Shown here: positions 14,473-34,010 of the stretch, piece after piece
How the letters are laid out: each line of letters opens with the position of its first letter
Position numbering within the stretch: the first letter of the stretch is position 1
NCBI RefSeq assembly: GCF_052425735.1
Contig: NC_135759.1
Location: 46,128,001-46,192,000 of the forward strand
Direction of reading: 5' to 3'
Origin: Oculina patagonica
Lineage: Eukaryota
DNA: 64,000 bases
Program-made: the position numbers and the translations under genes
Notes under the pieces: model-generated
Databases searched by the model: none
What the model was told of the DNA's origin: nothing
Seen by the model: only the letters and a program-made list of their open reading frames with translations

Positions 14473-14486
14473 GTCGTCATAGTAAC
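14473..14486. promoter_or_regulatory. RFX X-box in the TTC23/ROPN1L bidirectional promoter
   Basis: GTCGTCATAGTAAC fits the GTYNYYATRGYAAC X-box pattern. It lies in the ~320 bp between two divergent start codons of ciliary genes, with adjacent AAAATGGCG (YY1-like) motifs on the minus strand. Confidence 0.7.
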
Positions 14487-14546
14487 TAACATCCGCCATT
14501 TTGACGAGCCAAGTCTGTGAAAGAGAAATCTCTAAACTTTGTTTGA

Positions 14547-20005
<5,459 letters not shown>

Positions 20006-21299
20006 ATCTAGAATATCCTACTGTTCATCGTAAACACATTAACCGGTTTTGTATGTTTCATGTACCATTCAAGAATTCTGTGATATACTTTATGCTGCAG
20101 GCCAGGCATCAACTGTACCTAATGTACATATGTTAGAAACAATGGCATAAGTTTTATTAACGTTACTGTCCAAAGTATTGTCGCTACAAAACATAATTTG
20201 TATGTATATAGTAAATTCACAGGCAGGCAGCTCTTCAGAATAAGTAGCGTGTTGATAACGCGGTAGTGATTGGCTCTTCTCGATAGAAACCTTGTTAATT
20301 GGAAGATTATAGAAAGCGATGGAACAACCTTGTACATATATATTTGTAATCAAGAAACAAATACAATATTTCTGAACTGTTACTGGCATCTGATGATTTA
20401 TCAGCTTTAAATATGGGGACCTTGTTGGGGTTCCCCCCCCCCCCAACCCTGGGCGAAGCCATTTATTGGTGTTAATTGAGCGGGGCACTGTGACCATGGC
20501 ATTTATTTAATAAAAACTGTGGCCGCTTGCTAAATATATGCTCTTTACTTCATCACGAGTCCATCTGTGAATAATAAGCTTTTCTCGCGTTCATACCTAG
20601 TGTGAGAAAGGAAAGAAGTCCTTATTCCGTTGACGGAAGACCTGCTTGCTGGCTGCTCGTGCGGGCTAGTGAACTATGTCCTGAAATACCCAGCAGCAAG
20701 GACTCTCCTCCTTTTCTGTTCCAGTCCTTGTTTAACGTCGTGCCAGCACGCCGCTACCCAAAGCCGGCTTTAGTTTTGTGACTGTTTTATATGAGCACAT
20801 ACACAGCTTCGTCACTTCTGACACAGTTCGCACTCTTACCGTTAGTGTGCTATACGGATAGAGAGGAACACTGATCGAAAACGTAGCCTGTATTAAAGCG
20901 CAGACAGTCAAAACCGCCACAGTATCGAAGATTCTGAAACGCAGGCTAGCGTACTTGCAGTGTTGCATGGATCTGAAATCAACGTGGCAGTGACGGATCT
21001 AGGGGAGGGGCCCCTGGCCCTCACATTATCTTTAGGCCAAACTAATGGCCGAGAAAAATTATTTTCGAGAGCGCTCCCTCCCCCTGATTTATACAGAATG
21101 TGGATGATCGGGCCCAACACTTACCTGAAGGTCTGGATCCGCCACTGCTCAGTGCATTTTTGCATGGCATATTGCAGTACGTATGTGGCCATCAATCCAG
21201 ACAGCCCTTGGTCCGGACACGCAACTTTATTTATACACGGTTTGTGTTTAAAGCTAGAAGCTTGTGGGGCCGTGTATATGAAACAAATACTGAACAAAT

Positions 21300-21498
21300 A
21301 TAATATATTAAATAAACATAACATGATTAAAAATCCCAACTGGCAGGAGGCAGACCAGCTGGCTATTTACAAGCATGACCGAGGATTTTAACTCGGGACG
21401 ACCGAGAACAAATCCAGATAGTGGTCAGAACGGGACTTGAACCCGGGACCTCCAGATTTCAAGTCCGGCGCTCTAACCACTCGGCCACGCTGCCTCCC
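21300..21498 (-). mobile_element. tRNA-derived SINE (family A)
   Basis: Minus strand GGGAGGCAGCGTGGCCGAGTGGTTAGAGCG (A box)...GGGTTCAAGTCCC (B box), followed by a non-tRNA body ...GCCTCCTGCCAGTTGGGATTTTTAA and AT-rich tail; second copy at 35710. Confidence 0.85.
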
Positions 21499-22545
21499 TG
21501 CATTTTTCCGATAGGAAACAAAGTTTTAACAAAACCGAACCTTTCCAAAGATTTCTCGATCTGTTTGATGTCTGAATCTCGCTTGAAGGATTTCCTGCTG
21601 GTGGTGAAGTCGAGAATCAAATTATCTAATTTTCTTTACATTCCTGTATATCCGAACTGAGCACGCTAAAAGAGGTAATTTTTGGTAGAATTGATGTATA
21701 GGAAATATTCTTTCGACTAGTGCAAAAAATTTGATTGACCGCTTGAGTTTCCGTCCAAAGAAACGAATTAAAATTTCTACGTAATTTTCCTGACTAGGTC
21801 CGTGGTCGGGCACTGACAGCAATCAAATATAACTTCAAACTTTTGAAGGTGGCAAGCTAAATAATACTGGAAAAGAAAGAGTCTAACAAAATTAACACCT
21901 AAGGCATATTAAACTTCATTTTACAACAATAAAACTAAAACGAGAAGTTTTAATTCAAACTTTGCAAATCACGCTTATCAGTGTAATAAGCGCTATACTG
22001 TAGTTTATATTCACTGTACTTGTTGATAAGATGAAATGAAGCTCTCTTCCCTAAAATTTTTATTTCATTTTTCTGAATTTCACTAAAACATATTAAAAAT
22101 GTGCAAGCTTCTTTAAATAAGATTTTGAACAATTGTTGCGTGAATTTTGCATGCTATCCGGACCAAGGACCGTCAAATCGAACCACCGTTTTCGATATTA
22201 CAGAGTAATCGAGTAAGCACATCAGCTGTTGTCTTTTCACATGTTAGCTGGATGGCACGGTAACTTACAGGACAAATATCAGCTCACTGCTCTTCTTCTA
22301 AGCTGAGAAATACTCGTTCGCGTCTTTTTCGTCCGGACCCAGGGTCACAAACTGTACTGACAAACGAATAATGTCAACTAGATAATAAAAATTGTTTCCA
22401 GCTAACTAGCACCTCAAATATTGTAGTTGATAACATCTCCGTCAACAGTTTGCTGCTCATTTTTTTTTTTGCTCATTTCTAACTTTGCTTCGCAAACAGT
22501 GAGGATTCTGCGAAGTGCCACTTTTCTTTTCTCGCAATGCAACAT

Positions 22546-22656
22546 CTGACTCGTCCCCAGTCGTCTTTTGAGTCCGTCTGAGTCGACTGCTGAACACGGA
22601 GGGAATTATCCTTCGTCTTGCAATTTTCGCATAAGAGACGACTGGGGACGAGTCAG
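22546..22656. mobile_element. 111-bp MITE with 9-bp TSD (MULE-like) upstream of LMAN1
   Basis: TIR CTGACTCGTCCCCAGTCGTC...GACGACTGGGGACGAGTCAG; TSD ATGCAACAT at 22537-22545 and 22657-22665. Confidence 0.9.
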
Positions 22657-22970
22657 ATGCAACATCAGATTTTCGAGTAAAAATTGTAAATCCAAAAATT
22701 TTGTGGTGTCATCAACTTTCACCTCATAGAAATCTAAAGCATCACAGTAGACATTGTTTTCTTTAATATTTCGTGCTCAAGGAAGATCGCTAGACCGTGG
22801 ACTAGACCACAAAGAAACGAGAAAAAAAGATTACTTGCCTTTTCGAAAAGTCCCGCCTGCACAGGAGAAGGGAGAACAGAAATTAGCCAATCAGCGCTTG
22901 ACAAATATCCGGGAAAATCAATAAATGCCCAGAATGCCATGCGCGCCGAATTTCTTAGTCAATTTTCAAA

Positions 22971-25900
22971 ATGGCTTCCGTAGAAGCTTTGTATGGCATA
23001 ACATTCTTATTGTTTTTAACTCGTTTATCTTTAGCTTCAGTACCAAGTGAGCGTCATGTTAAATTCCAATATAAACACAGTTTTAAAGGACCACATCTAG
23101 TGAATAAAGATGGAGCAATTCCGTTTTGGAATCACGGAGGAAGTAAGTGACCATTGTTTTGTAAAGTGAATTCTTTTGCTTCACCAGTACACGTGTACAG
23201 AGTTTTTTTAAAATAGATTTTTTGGTTGATTTAACGAGTTTTTTTTATTTTTTGCTTTAGGTGCCATACCTAGCGATGATCAAATTAGATTGACTCCTTC
23301 AATGACAAATAAAAAAGGTTTGTTTCCTGCAGTTTTATTTTTACTGAAAGCAAGCGATCGGTTTTAGAGTTTAAAGCTTATAAATAAATGTAAGCTTCTA
23401 AACTGATACGTTTACAATTGCCACAGCTGCTTGCAAAGACGTTTAATTTTGATTGACTTATAGAGTGCTCTTGTCTTTCATGTTAAATCAGAAGTCTGTT
23501 ATGGATGTTGACTTAAACTGTAATAACAATATTCCTATTTAATGGTCATAAACAAAGTTTTGAAATGTATTTAGAGTTGTAACGTATTTTTATCACTGGA
23601 GGTCACGGTGAAGGGGTTCGTTTTCCGGAAGAAAAATTCTCCATTTGTAGCTTACTATCGATCTCTATCTACATTGCTTTTAAAAGTTTAAATATAACTG
23701 TCTATAGATAAGGCAATTAACTTTAAATACAGCATTTTTGGGTTTACATCTGAGTGTAAGAACCCGGCTGTGAAATTTTTGCTTGTTTTGAAACTATTGT
23801 TTTCCTGCTCTATATTGTTTCTTACTTCTTTGTAGTCTTGGTCGTTCTTTGTTTTGCGCCACTAGAGAGTTACACCAAGGATGAGCCAAATTTTTACTTA
23901 AGGCAACAAGACTTTTTGTAAATTTTATTGTGTTGTTCCAGGAAATATCCATACCTTTCCTACAGAAGGTTTTTTGGTTTAAACCTTCACTCCCCTCTAG
24001 CTCAGTCCCATACTTCCTTTAAAAATTTTGTCTCTTGAGACCCCCCCCCACCCCTCAGAATTTCCAATGACAAGCCATGGGGTGGGTATGGATATTTTCA
24101 GGGACTTTAGAATGTATTTTACTATACTTTGAGTAAGAGATAAATACCAAGATCAAAGGTACCGTAAAGTTCCGTGTATAAGCCGCACCCGTAGATAAGC
24201 CGCACCCCCGATTTGGAAGCTCAAATTTTGGAAAAAAAAATATATACGGACCATAAAGTTTGAAGTTCAAGTGAAGTTCTATTGGTAACAAACAAGGGCA
24301 AACAAGCACGGTTTCGAAACACTGACACGGCGGTTGTTGCAATGTTTAATATAAATTAAGACCTACGAAAGCGAAATTTCACTTGTCATACCTCCCTTTT
24401 AGTTTGAGTTCACAATATCTTAAACTTGGATGCTCTCTTGATATAATTTTTTTCGAGATTATCGCTTCTAAACACTCCTGAATTCGTTCGAATCGTACGC
24501 GAATGATGAATGCTTTGAAATGTAGAGAGGAGTCTGGGCACTAAAAACAAACATGGCGGCACTCGGCGGCACTTTCTTCGGAAGAAACCACGTTTTTCTT
24601 TCAAGATTCTTGGAAACTGTTTCACGCAACAGGATAAAAACTTCATGCAGAAAATGAGTTTGTTAATCCAACAGATGCATTTGTTGTGAAGGTCAATAAA
24701 AAAGTGAAGCGGTCGGCCATTTGCCTTGTGAGTACTTGCGTTTATCTTGGTGCTTTCTCGCATGCGACGGAAAGACATGATTCGAAGTGACTGGCAGGCT
24801 TCACTGCAAACAGCTTTGCAGAGGAACTAAAAGGCAGTGAACAACAAAGTTTTAAGGTTGTTATATGTTTATTCAGTGACGTCTTGAGAAGTTTTTTTAT
24901 GAATATTAATAAGCCTTTTAGAACTCCAACCAGAGATGTTTTCGTAGATAAGCCGCACCCCCGATTTTTGACTTGAATTTAGAGGGAAAAGGTGCGGCTT
25001 ATACACGGAACTTTACGGTATATGGATTAATGCCAACATTTGAAGTATTTACAAGACTTATTTTAAGATTTTATTCACGAGATATCTTTGTGTAAAGACC
25101 TGGGACTGATGGACCCATCAGGAAGGAAGATCTTTATATATATATATTAGTTTCTGTTAGCTTTGTTTCCTTTCAATGTATTTCCACTGAAATGTCAAGG
25201 AAAGCGCTCTTTTTTAACTAAAAGTGTCCAGTTAAGATTCTTCAATTTTAAGATGAGAAATAATGTTAATTGCATTAGCCCAATTCATCTCATCATGCCC
25301 CTTAAAGGGGCTGTGTCACGGCTGAGAAAAAATTATTTTATTAAGTCTTGCCGAAAACTTGCTATGGAACTTACTTTTGAAAAGAAATTACATCTCTGGA
25401 TCAAAATGACAAAACCATAGCTTCATTGCAACCAAATTTGTCTCCTAGACATTATAATTTGAAGTTACAAGCAAACGAGATTAACTTTGAAAACTGTTCA
25501 ACCCAACAACATTTCAAAACCCCATATTGCAATCCGTTTCAATCTTTGTCACTTTTGGCCATCCGTACCTTCTCTTCAAGTTGTGTTATTGAAATGTTAT
25601 TAAAATCAAATTTGCTGTGTTATTGAAATGGTCCTTCATTGTTTTAAGAAGTTATTTTTATATTTCGCCGAATTTGATGCTTATTTCCCAAGCCTAAATT
25701 TTGCTAAAATCTGTGACACAATCCCTTTAAGGCATGCTTTAAAACACCTGGCATGAAAGGTGATGTTGTCAGAACAGGAGAATAATCATACTCCTTCAAA
25801 GCCGGTTTGGTTGGTTAAGGAGTCAATGGATTTAAGATCTATTATAACAATCTAATAAGAGAACACGACAGAGACATAAGGCTTGCTCATACACAAACCT

Positions 25901-28900
25901 CCCCAGTTTCGGAGCACGCAAACGAAACGGGGCATATTCCTTTATGGAATCAAGTCAAGTTTATCGATCGTGACCCTCACCGTACACACGCAGGGTCAAA
26001 GAGGCTATGCAAATAAGACTTCATTCTAATAACATCAATAGAGATAGCGGAATTGAAATTCTTGAAGCATGGATACCTACGATCAGATAGCACAACAGCC
26101 GTTCAACTACAAAGCGGACCTCCGAGGGAACATCATCTGTTAGTCGGAATAATAATGAGGATCGAAATGCACCAATCACAGCGAACTAACGTGCATGAAT
26201 AGCGACGCGTAAACAATCGATGAAGACTAGCAGTATTGCAGTCGAAACGTCTCGATCAACATCTCAAAGCGATTCTATCGTGAGACAAACGAATAAACGT
26301 TCATTACCTAACAATCTAATATCGATAATTTTGTTTCATCCTTAACATCCTGAGTTGTTCTGTGTTCCTGAGTATATTTTCTCTAACATTCAGAATTTTT
26401 AAAAAAAGTGATATTTCCTCTTATCAGGCTATGCATGGACAAAAAGTACATTTCCTCATGATTGGTGGGAAGTGGAAGTAGCCATTAAAGTGACTGGCAG
26501 AGGAAGGCTAGGCGGGGACGGTGTGGTAAGATACATGTATATGTTGTGGTTCAATTTCACCCTTGGTAGAATTTGGTATCTTCCTTTGTTTTATACTCAT
26601 TATCATTTCCACACACCAAAACAAAGGGAAAATACCAAATTATGCCAAGGGTAAAATTGAACCGCAACATATACACTCTGTATATTGTTGCATATTACGG
26701 ACATAGACCTGCAGCTTATTTGTCCAGGGGGTTCCTTTTGTTTTACACATATAGATTTTTCTTCAGTAACAGTGACTTATCAATTATACTAAGGTATTTT
26801 AGTCAGTTGTCAATAGCCCAAAGTTGCCTTGTTCAAAAGCCGATTAACACTAACCATGGTTAAAAGCTGTTGGGAGGGGGAGGAAAGGTTCAATTTCTCT
26901 TTCAAGTATAAAAGTGTTTAAATTGTTTATTTTTGTGACTCATCAGGCCATTTGGTATACAGAAACGGCAGGAGTAGAGGGCCCAGCATTTGGAAATAGT
27001 AACACATGGAAAGGTCTTGGTGTTTTCTGTGACTCATTTGATAATGATCAACAGGTAGGTAAATGTTGTTTATACCTGTGTAGTGGTCATGAACATAGCT
27101 TTATATCTCTTTGAGAAAGCTAGTTTACAGGCATAACACTTGAAACAGTTATGTTTAAAGAAGAGTGCCTATATTTAAACAGGGTTGCTCTTTCAGTAAT
27201 TATAAATCACAAAATTACTGCTATCAATAGAGGCCCTATAAGAATGAAAACTACATTATTACATTACAATAAGGATAATATTTAAAACGACATTAAAACT
27301 AATTGAAAAAAAAACCTTAATTAAAAATTACAAGTTCATTTAATTTAAGTAACTATGTAGTCACATCATAGTATGAAAAATAGTAAGTGACCTTTTACCA
27401 AGGTCACTGCTGAGCATTTACTGTGGATTTTACATTATAATAAATTGTAATGAACCACTGTAATTAGTATTTAAAAAAACCCTTGATGTTTAAACAGTAT
27501 TTAGTTCGACCTACAGGGTGATTGTCTGGGTGAGAGTAGTTCTGAAAAGAATAGTCTGTTGCTGCAGGTGACTCAGATTACAACAACCCTAGTCATCTAA
27601 AGAGTCGATGTCCTCAGTCAGTCAATCAATCTGTTGTAAAAGTTTATTGATTGTTATTTCTAATGATTTGTCTTCCATGTTGCCCTATATTTCTCAGTGT
27701 TCATGTTCACTGTACTAATTGAGCATCTTTTTTTTTTCAGGGAAACAACCCCTTTATTTCAGTTATGCTGAATGATGGAAATCAGATTTATGATCATAAT
27801 AAGTATGTACAAATTCAAGTACTTTTTGTTTCCCTTTACCCAAATGAGCTTGTTTTACACTGTTGTTCTGTATTTTACGTAATAACTAAAGTTGCTGCTG
27901 CTTTGTCTCAATCTTACAATGTGTGTAAGTACTTTTTGTCAAGAATAATAGCCAGCAGCAGTCTGTCTGCATAGCTCCATTTTGATAATCTTTTTTTTTT
28001 TCAGAGATGGCCAAGATCTCCAGCGTGGTGGTTGCTTACGAGATTTCCGTAATCGGCCCAACCCAGTTAGACTGAAGATTCGCTATTATGAAAATGTGCT
28101 TACTGTAAGTAAAGCTCCTGTACTGATTATAGTTTATGACACAGACAAGTTTATCCTATATTGACTGTAATTTGTAATATAATATTAAATTTCATAACCC
28201 ACTGATTTATTTCTGTGTGCTCTCATTGGACAAAACACATCATGACAGGTATCAGACAGTATAGCATGTCCAATTTAAAATCCATCATCCAGTTTTAAGA
28301 GGAGTGCTGAACAAGTCACCTTTTCTGGTCTAACTTTTTAATATCAACTTGCAGTTATTTCACCATGATTACTTTTTTCACTTTTCATGTTTTGCAATGA
28401 AACTAATAGCCGATTCCCTCTATAGGGCGCGCCTGCAGGGAATCACGGTAGTTGTATTCATCAAACCATGCGCGAGACTTAGCAATGTGCATCGTTGCTG
28501 AGTCTCGTGCATGGTTTGATGAATACAACTACCGTGATTCCCTGCAGGCGCTCGCTATAGAGGGAATCGGGTATTGGAGGGTAAAAACGCCTTTCTGGCT
28601 TGCTGGTATGTTGGTTAAAAAATGCCGTTGGCTGAAAGATTGTCCCCAGAATTTCACAGTTGCCCTCAAATCTTCACTTCTCGGCGGGCCAACTGTTCAT
28701 TATTTTTCATCCACAGGCATTATCCTCCAATATAACAGCTGCCTATGTTTGTTTAGATGCAGCAGCAACAAATTTCTCTGACTCTTTCCAGCCTTGTAGT
28801 GCCATAGTAATCATTATGGACAATCCGTTGAGAATACACATACTTATTCAACTTTGATGCTGTTCATATCTAGTTATGGGTTCATATGGGTATGAGTACC

Positions 28901-31900
28901 AGATCTGAAGACTTTGAGCTTTGCACTCGACTGGAAAACATAAGCCTGAATAAAAATGGCTTCTTTGGTGTGTCGGCAGCGACAGGTGGCTTAGCAGGTC
29001 AGTAAACCAGTAGCACTGGAATCAAGTTGTTCAAAATGATAGCTATAGAGTTTGCCTGTTACCATCAACTGTGCATCCTACGAAGTATCATATAAGCTTA
29101 TTGAAGACTGTAGGTGCTTGATTGGAATTTAGGTGATCAGTTAACCACAGTTTATAATAATTTGTTTATGTCTATGAATTCTCATGACAAGCAATATAAG
29201 GCATAGGAATATGGTATTCTCATGACAAGCAAAAATGGTTTATAGGAAATGGATTCTTTGAAGGAAAAGTGTGACTGAAATGATGCTGTGGTTTTGATTG
29301 GTAAAATAAGAAGTGGCAATTGCCATCACGTCTATAATAGTAACCTTGGGATCTAATAACTTTTTCAGGTACAATAATACTGTGGTTACAAACCTTGTTA
29401 AAATTTACAACGTTTTGTTTGTTTGCAGACGACCATGATGTAGTATCATTTATTACTCACTCTCTCACACCACCAAAGGACTCACAGGTAGGATTATTAT
29501 CAGTAACTCTGGCTACTGCAACTAAGTACACCATCAAGTTTGACAGCAAGTTTACATGGCAGCTCATGTTTGTGTTTTATCACCCAGACCTGAGATGTTT
29601 ACATGTATATCAGCAAAATTTGTATCAGCTACAGTAGCTATATGTTTTTGTTCTGATGTAATTTTACTTGCTACATTGACTCTGGAAAAAACAAACTCTT
29701 ACAAAAAAGACTTAACGTTATTTCATAAAACTGCTCCCAAGTCCAGTTACTCACAGTTGATGCAATTGTCTTTGATTTCAGACTGAAACTGGAATGAGTG
29801 AAGAGGAACAAAAGAAACTTGCAGAGCAGTATGAAGAATATCAAAAGAAACTGGAGCAACAAAGAGAAGAGTAAGGACATATTATTTGAATTGCTGGTGT
29901 ATATATGAGTATTGTTGGCTTGTTGGACAGTAGAGTTACTTTGTCATATCTTTACAGGTACAAGACTGCCCACCCTGATAAAGTAAAGACACCTGAAACA
30001 GAGGTACATGGAACAATGATTTAACTTAAGATATAATCAGGATTACATGTACAACTGAAAGTAAACTTTCACTGGATGTAAGACAGTTACATGTAAACTA
30101 GAAACTAAGAAACTAAGTCTCAGTGTTTGTAGTTGTAAACAGGAACTTTTGTACAGCTAACAGTATCCCCAGTACTCAATTACTGTGCGAATCCAAAAAC
30201 CATGAACACTTTTGTTAGCCTTTGGAAGTGAAAGAAGAGAAAACAGTAGACAGATTATTTGCAAAACATAACTAATTGGCTCCATCACTGTTCATTTGTT
30301 TTTATTGCCAGCAATCTGAACTGTCATTAAATGGCTTTTTACAAACCTTTTGTGCTGTAAAACCCTTTTACTGTAGTTCTGTAAGTTGTGATGTCAACAT
30401 ATAAATTTCTGACTGGTTTTCACACATAATATCAATCCATCTGGTTAATCAGTCAATTGATCATTGTAAAAGGCAACTGTATTTTCCTTTATTTTTTGGC
30501 ATTATACTAACTTTCAGATTTTTTTTTGTAGTACGAGAACGTGTATGAGCGAGATGTTCGTTTGGTTTATGAAGGACAGAATGCAATCCACCAGATGATT
30601 GGGTAAGGTTTCAATGAAAAAAGAAGCCAACGTTTTTACAGCCACAACATCACCCTGATTTACATGAAATACAAATTTATCTTGTCCAGCGCAGAAGTCT
30701 TTTCCATTCTACTGACTGACTCTTTTCTGCTCCAAAACATCATGCATGATCCACCTGTGTTTAAATATCGATTTCCTCACCTGGTTGAAATAGCTGTAAG
30801 AAAGAAACTTAGTTTGCACTGAGTTCTTAGCACATTCTCCCAATATGGTGGTGGAGTTTTTTTTTGTGTAGTTTTCTATCATATGTACTACATACATTTT
30901 AACTATATGAGATTTAGTAAGTAACAACAATTCTTGTCTAATATTTTATTTGGTTTATTTTCCTGTAGCAACCTTCACACCAAAGTTGGTGAATTAACAG
31001 TACAAGTGAATACATTGTACACACTGGTGACCTCAGATCACAATCAGATCAGCCAAGTGGTTAAACACGACCAAACAATCAACCGACAAGAAGTAAATAC
31101 TTTGATCAACATGCAGCAACAGCTCACTTCAAAACTGCAGGAAATGAGGTAAGAACTACTTGCTGGAATTTCCTCACAATCTTTAAAATTGTGTTAAAAA
31201 AGGATGTATAAACCTTGTCTGTTGAAAGTTTATTCTCGAGGCATTGACGCAAAATGTGTGATCTCTTTTTTGACAGTAATTTATTGAATCAGAGAGGCAA
31301 TATAGAGAAAAGAGATGTTGGCGACTCTGCTGGTGTAACGTCTAGACTCAGTGACATGCAGAATGCAATTGAATCTCTGACTCATTCAGTCAACAATGTG
31401 GCCACTAAACAACAAGTAAGAACAGAAATCATACGACTTTTTTTAGCTTCTTACACTCTTTCATTTTCTTCCAAAGAAAAATTGCTTTTAGCATGGTGTA
31501 TTTCCCGTCAGCTATATCGTGTGGACTACAGGTCTAGGTCTAGACATGCGTTTTATCTCCCACCTGCTCCCCTTGCAGCTATCGCAAAAGTCACTCCTAA
31601 GACTGAGTAAACAAAAGAAAATAGTACAAACCAACACAACCTAGATCTTTTTCCTCGAACTAGTTGCACCTGCGACGCTATTTTCTTTGCAGTAAAAATG
31701 ATCAGCTCGTGCTGTGTCGAAACATTAAATTGATTATTTACTGAAAGTTGATAAACACTGGTAAACTAGTAATAGTTCTCACTATAAAGCTGCCCCCGCC
31801 TTTTTATAATTTGTTTTACAGCAATAATCTAGGATTAGTGGAATCTTTTTGTGGCCTTTAAAATAAGGCTTCTTTTTTACTGTGCCATGTACGTCAAGAC

Positions 31901-33099
31901 ATTGTTTTGTCTTTTTGCTGCGGAATTTCTTGTTGTGTGACACCATTGCGTCCTAAAAATATTCACAAATTCAAGTCGAATATATTACCTAACGCGCGGA
32001 AATAACACCTAGCGGAAATAACACATAACACATTATTCGTGGTGACAACACGCAAGATTATTCCCGGGGTTATAACATTCACAATTAACTTACAATAATT
32101 GCCAGTTCAAAAAGCCTAAAAATTCCACGAGTGACAAAATATGGCACATTCAAAGATTCGAGAAGACAATTTTTGATCCTTGTTCAAACCACTTTTTGGA
32201 TCAAATAATCTGACAGTTTTTGTTAGCGAAACGAATTACCCCCGAGAGCAAACCTTAACGCTCGAACCAGCTCTTGGAACACACGTAGCCAAGAACACGA
32301 AACCAATTGCTTGAAATCTTTTGACGTATTACTAACAACTGCTTCAAATATCACTTAACACAACCAAAGCAGAGAAACCACTCGAACAAATCTGTGAACA
32401 CGCGAAAGCCAAATATCGGAGTAATCAACGTGCGAGAAATACCAAAACACGCATCAGTCTTTTAAATACCGTTCTAACCTAAGATAGGGATTTTCATTTA
32501 CCGCTACCCCCCGTTATCGTGACGTCATAATACCCATAACTCCAAATCGATAATCTTCTGCTTATACGTCATCATTACCCAAAGATGCTTTGCGGCAAAA
32601 CGTCATCATTACCCTAGATTCCTCGCGGCCTTTTTCGAGCAAATCGAGATTTTTTCTGGTATACATACCGTATATTTCGACTGTAAGTACATTCTCTATA
32701 TATACGCGCAAGCTACAATGTATGCCTCCTCGGGCTTTCGCCTCTGGGCGAAAGCCCTGCGGGGGCAATTAACCACCGTAGTGAATTTGTAAAGCTGACG
32801 TTTTCGAGCGTTCACGCTTAGTTGGAGCAAATTTACGACTTTTTTAAACCTGGTATCAGTTGATGTCTTGAGCACAAGTATCTTTTAGTTTCAATCAAGA
32901 CTAATTAATTCTTTACTTTTGACTTTGTTTTCAGATGATTGGAGGGCAGGAGAAAAAGGACTGTCCCCCACCCCCTCCGATGCCACAGTGTATAGGTCCC
33001 GGATATTTCGTGGTTTTAATCATAGCTCAATTAATAATGCTCATTGGTTACATTGGATACAAGAATCAAAAGGAGGCTGCTGCCAAGAAATTCTTTTAG
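22971..33099 (+). CDS. LMAN1: ERGIC-53 / lectin mannose-binding 1 (L-type lectin cargo receptor), ~489 aa, 14 exons
   Basis: Exons 22971-23142, 23261-23317, 26428-26525, 26947-27054, 27741-27802, 28005-28104, 28874-28997, 29429-29487, 29782-29870, 29958-30003, 30532-30602, 30969-31148, 31277-31415, 32935-33099 (1470 nt). Signal peptide, 'FQYKHSFKGPHL', 'GRGRLGGDG', 'DSFDND', 'GVSAATGGLADDHDV', coiled coil, TM helix and C-terminal 'EAAAKKFF*' retrieval/export motif. Confidence 0.96.
24162..25018. mobile_element. Tc1/mariner-pogo type MITE
   Basis: TIR CCGTAAAGTTCCGTGTATAAGCCGCACC; TA TSD on both sides; internal ATAAGCCGCACCC repeats. Confidence 0.9.
25306..25726. mobile_element. TTAA-targeting MITE (Kolobok-like)
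   Basis: TTAA|AGGGGCTGTGTCACGG...CTGTGACACAATCCCT|TTAA. Confidence 0.7.
25858..26308 (+). mobile_element. 5'-truncated Penelope-like retroelement (GIY-YIG C-terminus plus pLTR)
   Basis: Translates IREHDRDIRLAHTQTSPVSEHANETGH..RRVKEAMQIRLHSNNINRDSG (disrupted). 13-bp TSD TAACAATCTAATA at 25845-25857 and 26309-26321. Degenerate hammerhead core GATGAAGAC..GTCGAAACGTC at ~26219-26251. Confidence 0.88.
28410..28570. mobile_element. Near-perfect ~160-bp foldback (hairpin) element in LMAN1 intron 6
   Basis: CCGATTCCCTCTATAG..CCTGCAGGGAATCACGGTAGTTGTATTCATCAAACCATGC..GAGACT, short loop, then the reverse complement with about 4 mismatches. Confidence 0.9.
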
Positions 33100-34010
33100 G
33101 ATTTTACGTTTAATGAACTTTGTACAAGCCAGTCTGTTTCTGTATCACAGAGACTTGTGGGATGTTTAGAATCAATTGAAATTATTGCGCCAGGGCTCTA
33201 AGTGCGCTTGAATTGGTCACTGCGCAGTTGACAATAAACCTGTTACACTACAGATTCATTTTAAAAGCTTTTGTACTGCGTGCACACAAAGCACAAAGTC
33301 CGCGGTCCTAAAGACTATTGAGCTGCGTTTACGCTATGCTTTGTTACAATACTTTTACTAAATAGAGAATTTAGCCGTTATATTGAAACGTGCCTTTTTC
33401 AAAGAAAAGATTGAACGTATTGTTAGCAAATCGTACCGAACCGAAATTAACAATATGTTATCATTTTATCAAGGTGTGGTCGTTCATGTATAAAAAAATG
33501 TTTTAGGAACAAAAATGAATGGGACTTGTTCAGTGTTCAAAGAAGAGCGTTGTCTATTTATCGGTCATTCGTATCAACCTCGCATCTTTTATTGGAATAG
33601 AGCTTTCAGAAAAAAAAAACATTTCTGAACCAGTAACTGTCTCGCACAAACTTATTCATTAAACCAGATGTTTACTGCTGGTTCCAGAGTCGACAAACCC
33701 AAGAAATTCTGTAATGCTATTCTTTGATATTAATGGGAAGGTCACCCACATTTTGAAATCGATTAGCAGAGAGGGAGCAGCAAGAGTTGTTCCTATTAGC
33801 TTCTAAAGCATTGTTATTCCAGCATAATCTCCGATATTTTATAGTTTCTTCACTGGTATTTTGTTTTTACCTTTAATTCCATGTCTCTCTTGACTCAATC
33901 TGTATTTTCGTCTAACATTGTGAAAATAAAGTTTAGAATTGAAGTTTGTTAGTGCATTCCGTATTGCATTTCTTTCACGTTCGACAACATTTTTATTAAA
34001 TACCTCAAGA

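Noticed and set aside
21415-21498. tRNA gene
   Set aside because: The tRNA-like head continues into a SINE body shared with the copy at 35710; no proper acceptor stem or terminator.
22885-22905. ER-stress element (ERSE) in the LMAN1 promoter
   Set aside because: CCAAT is present but is not followed by N9-CCACG.
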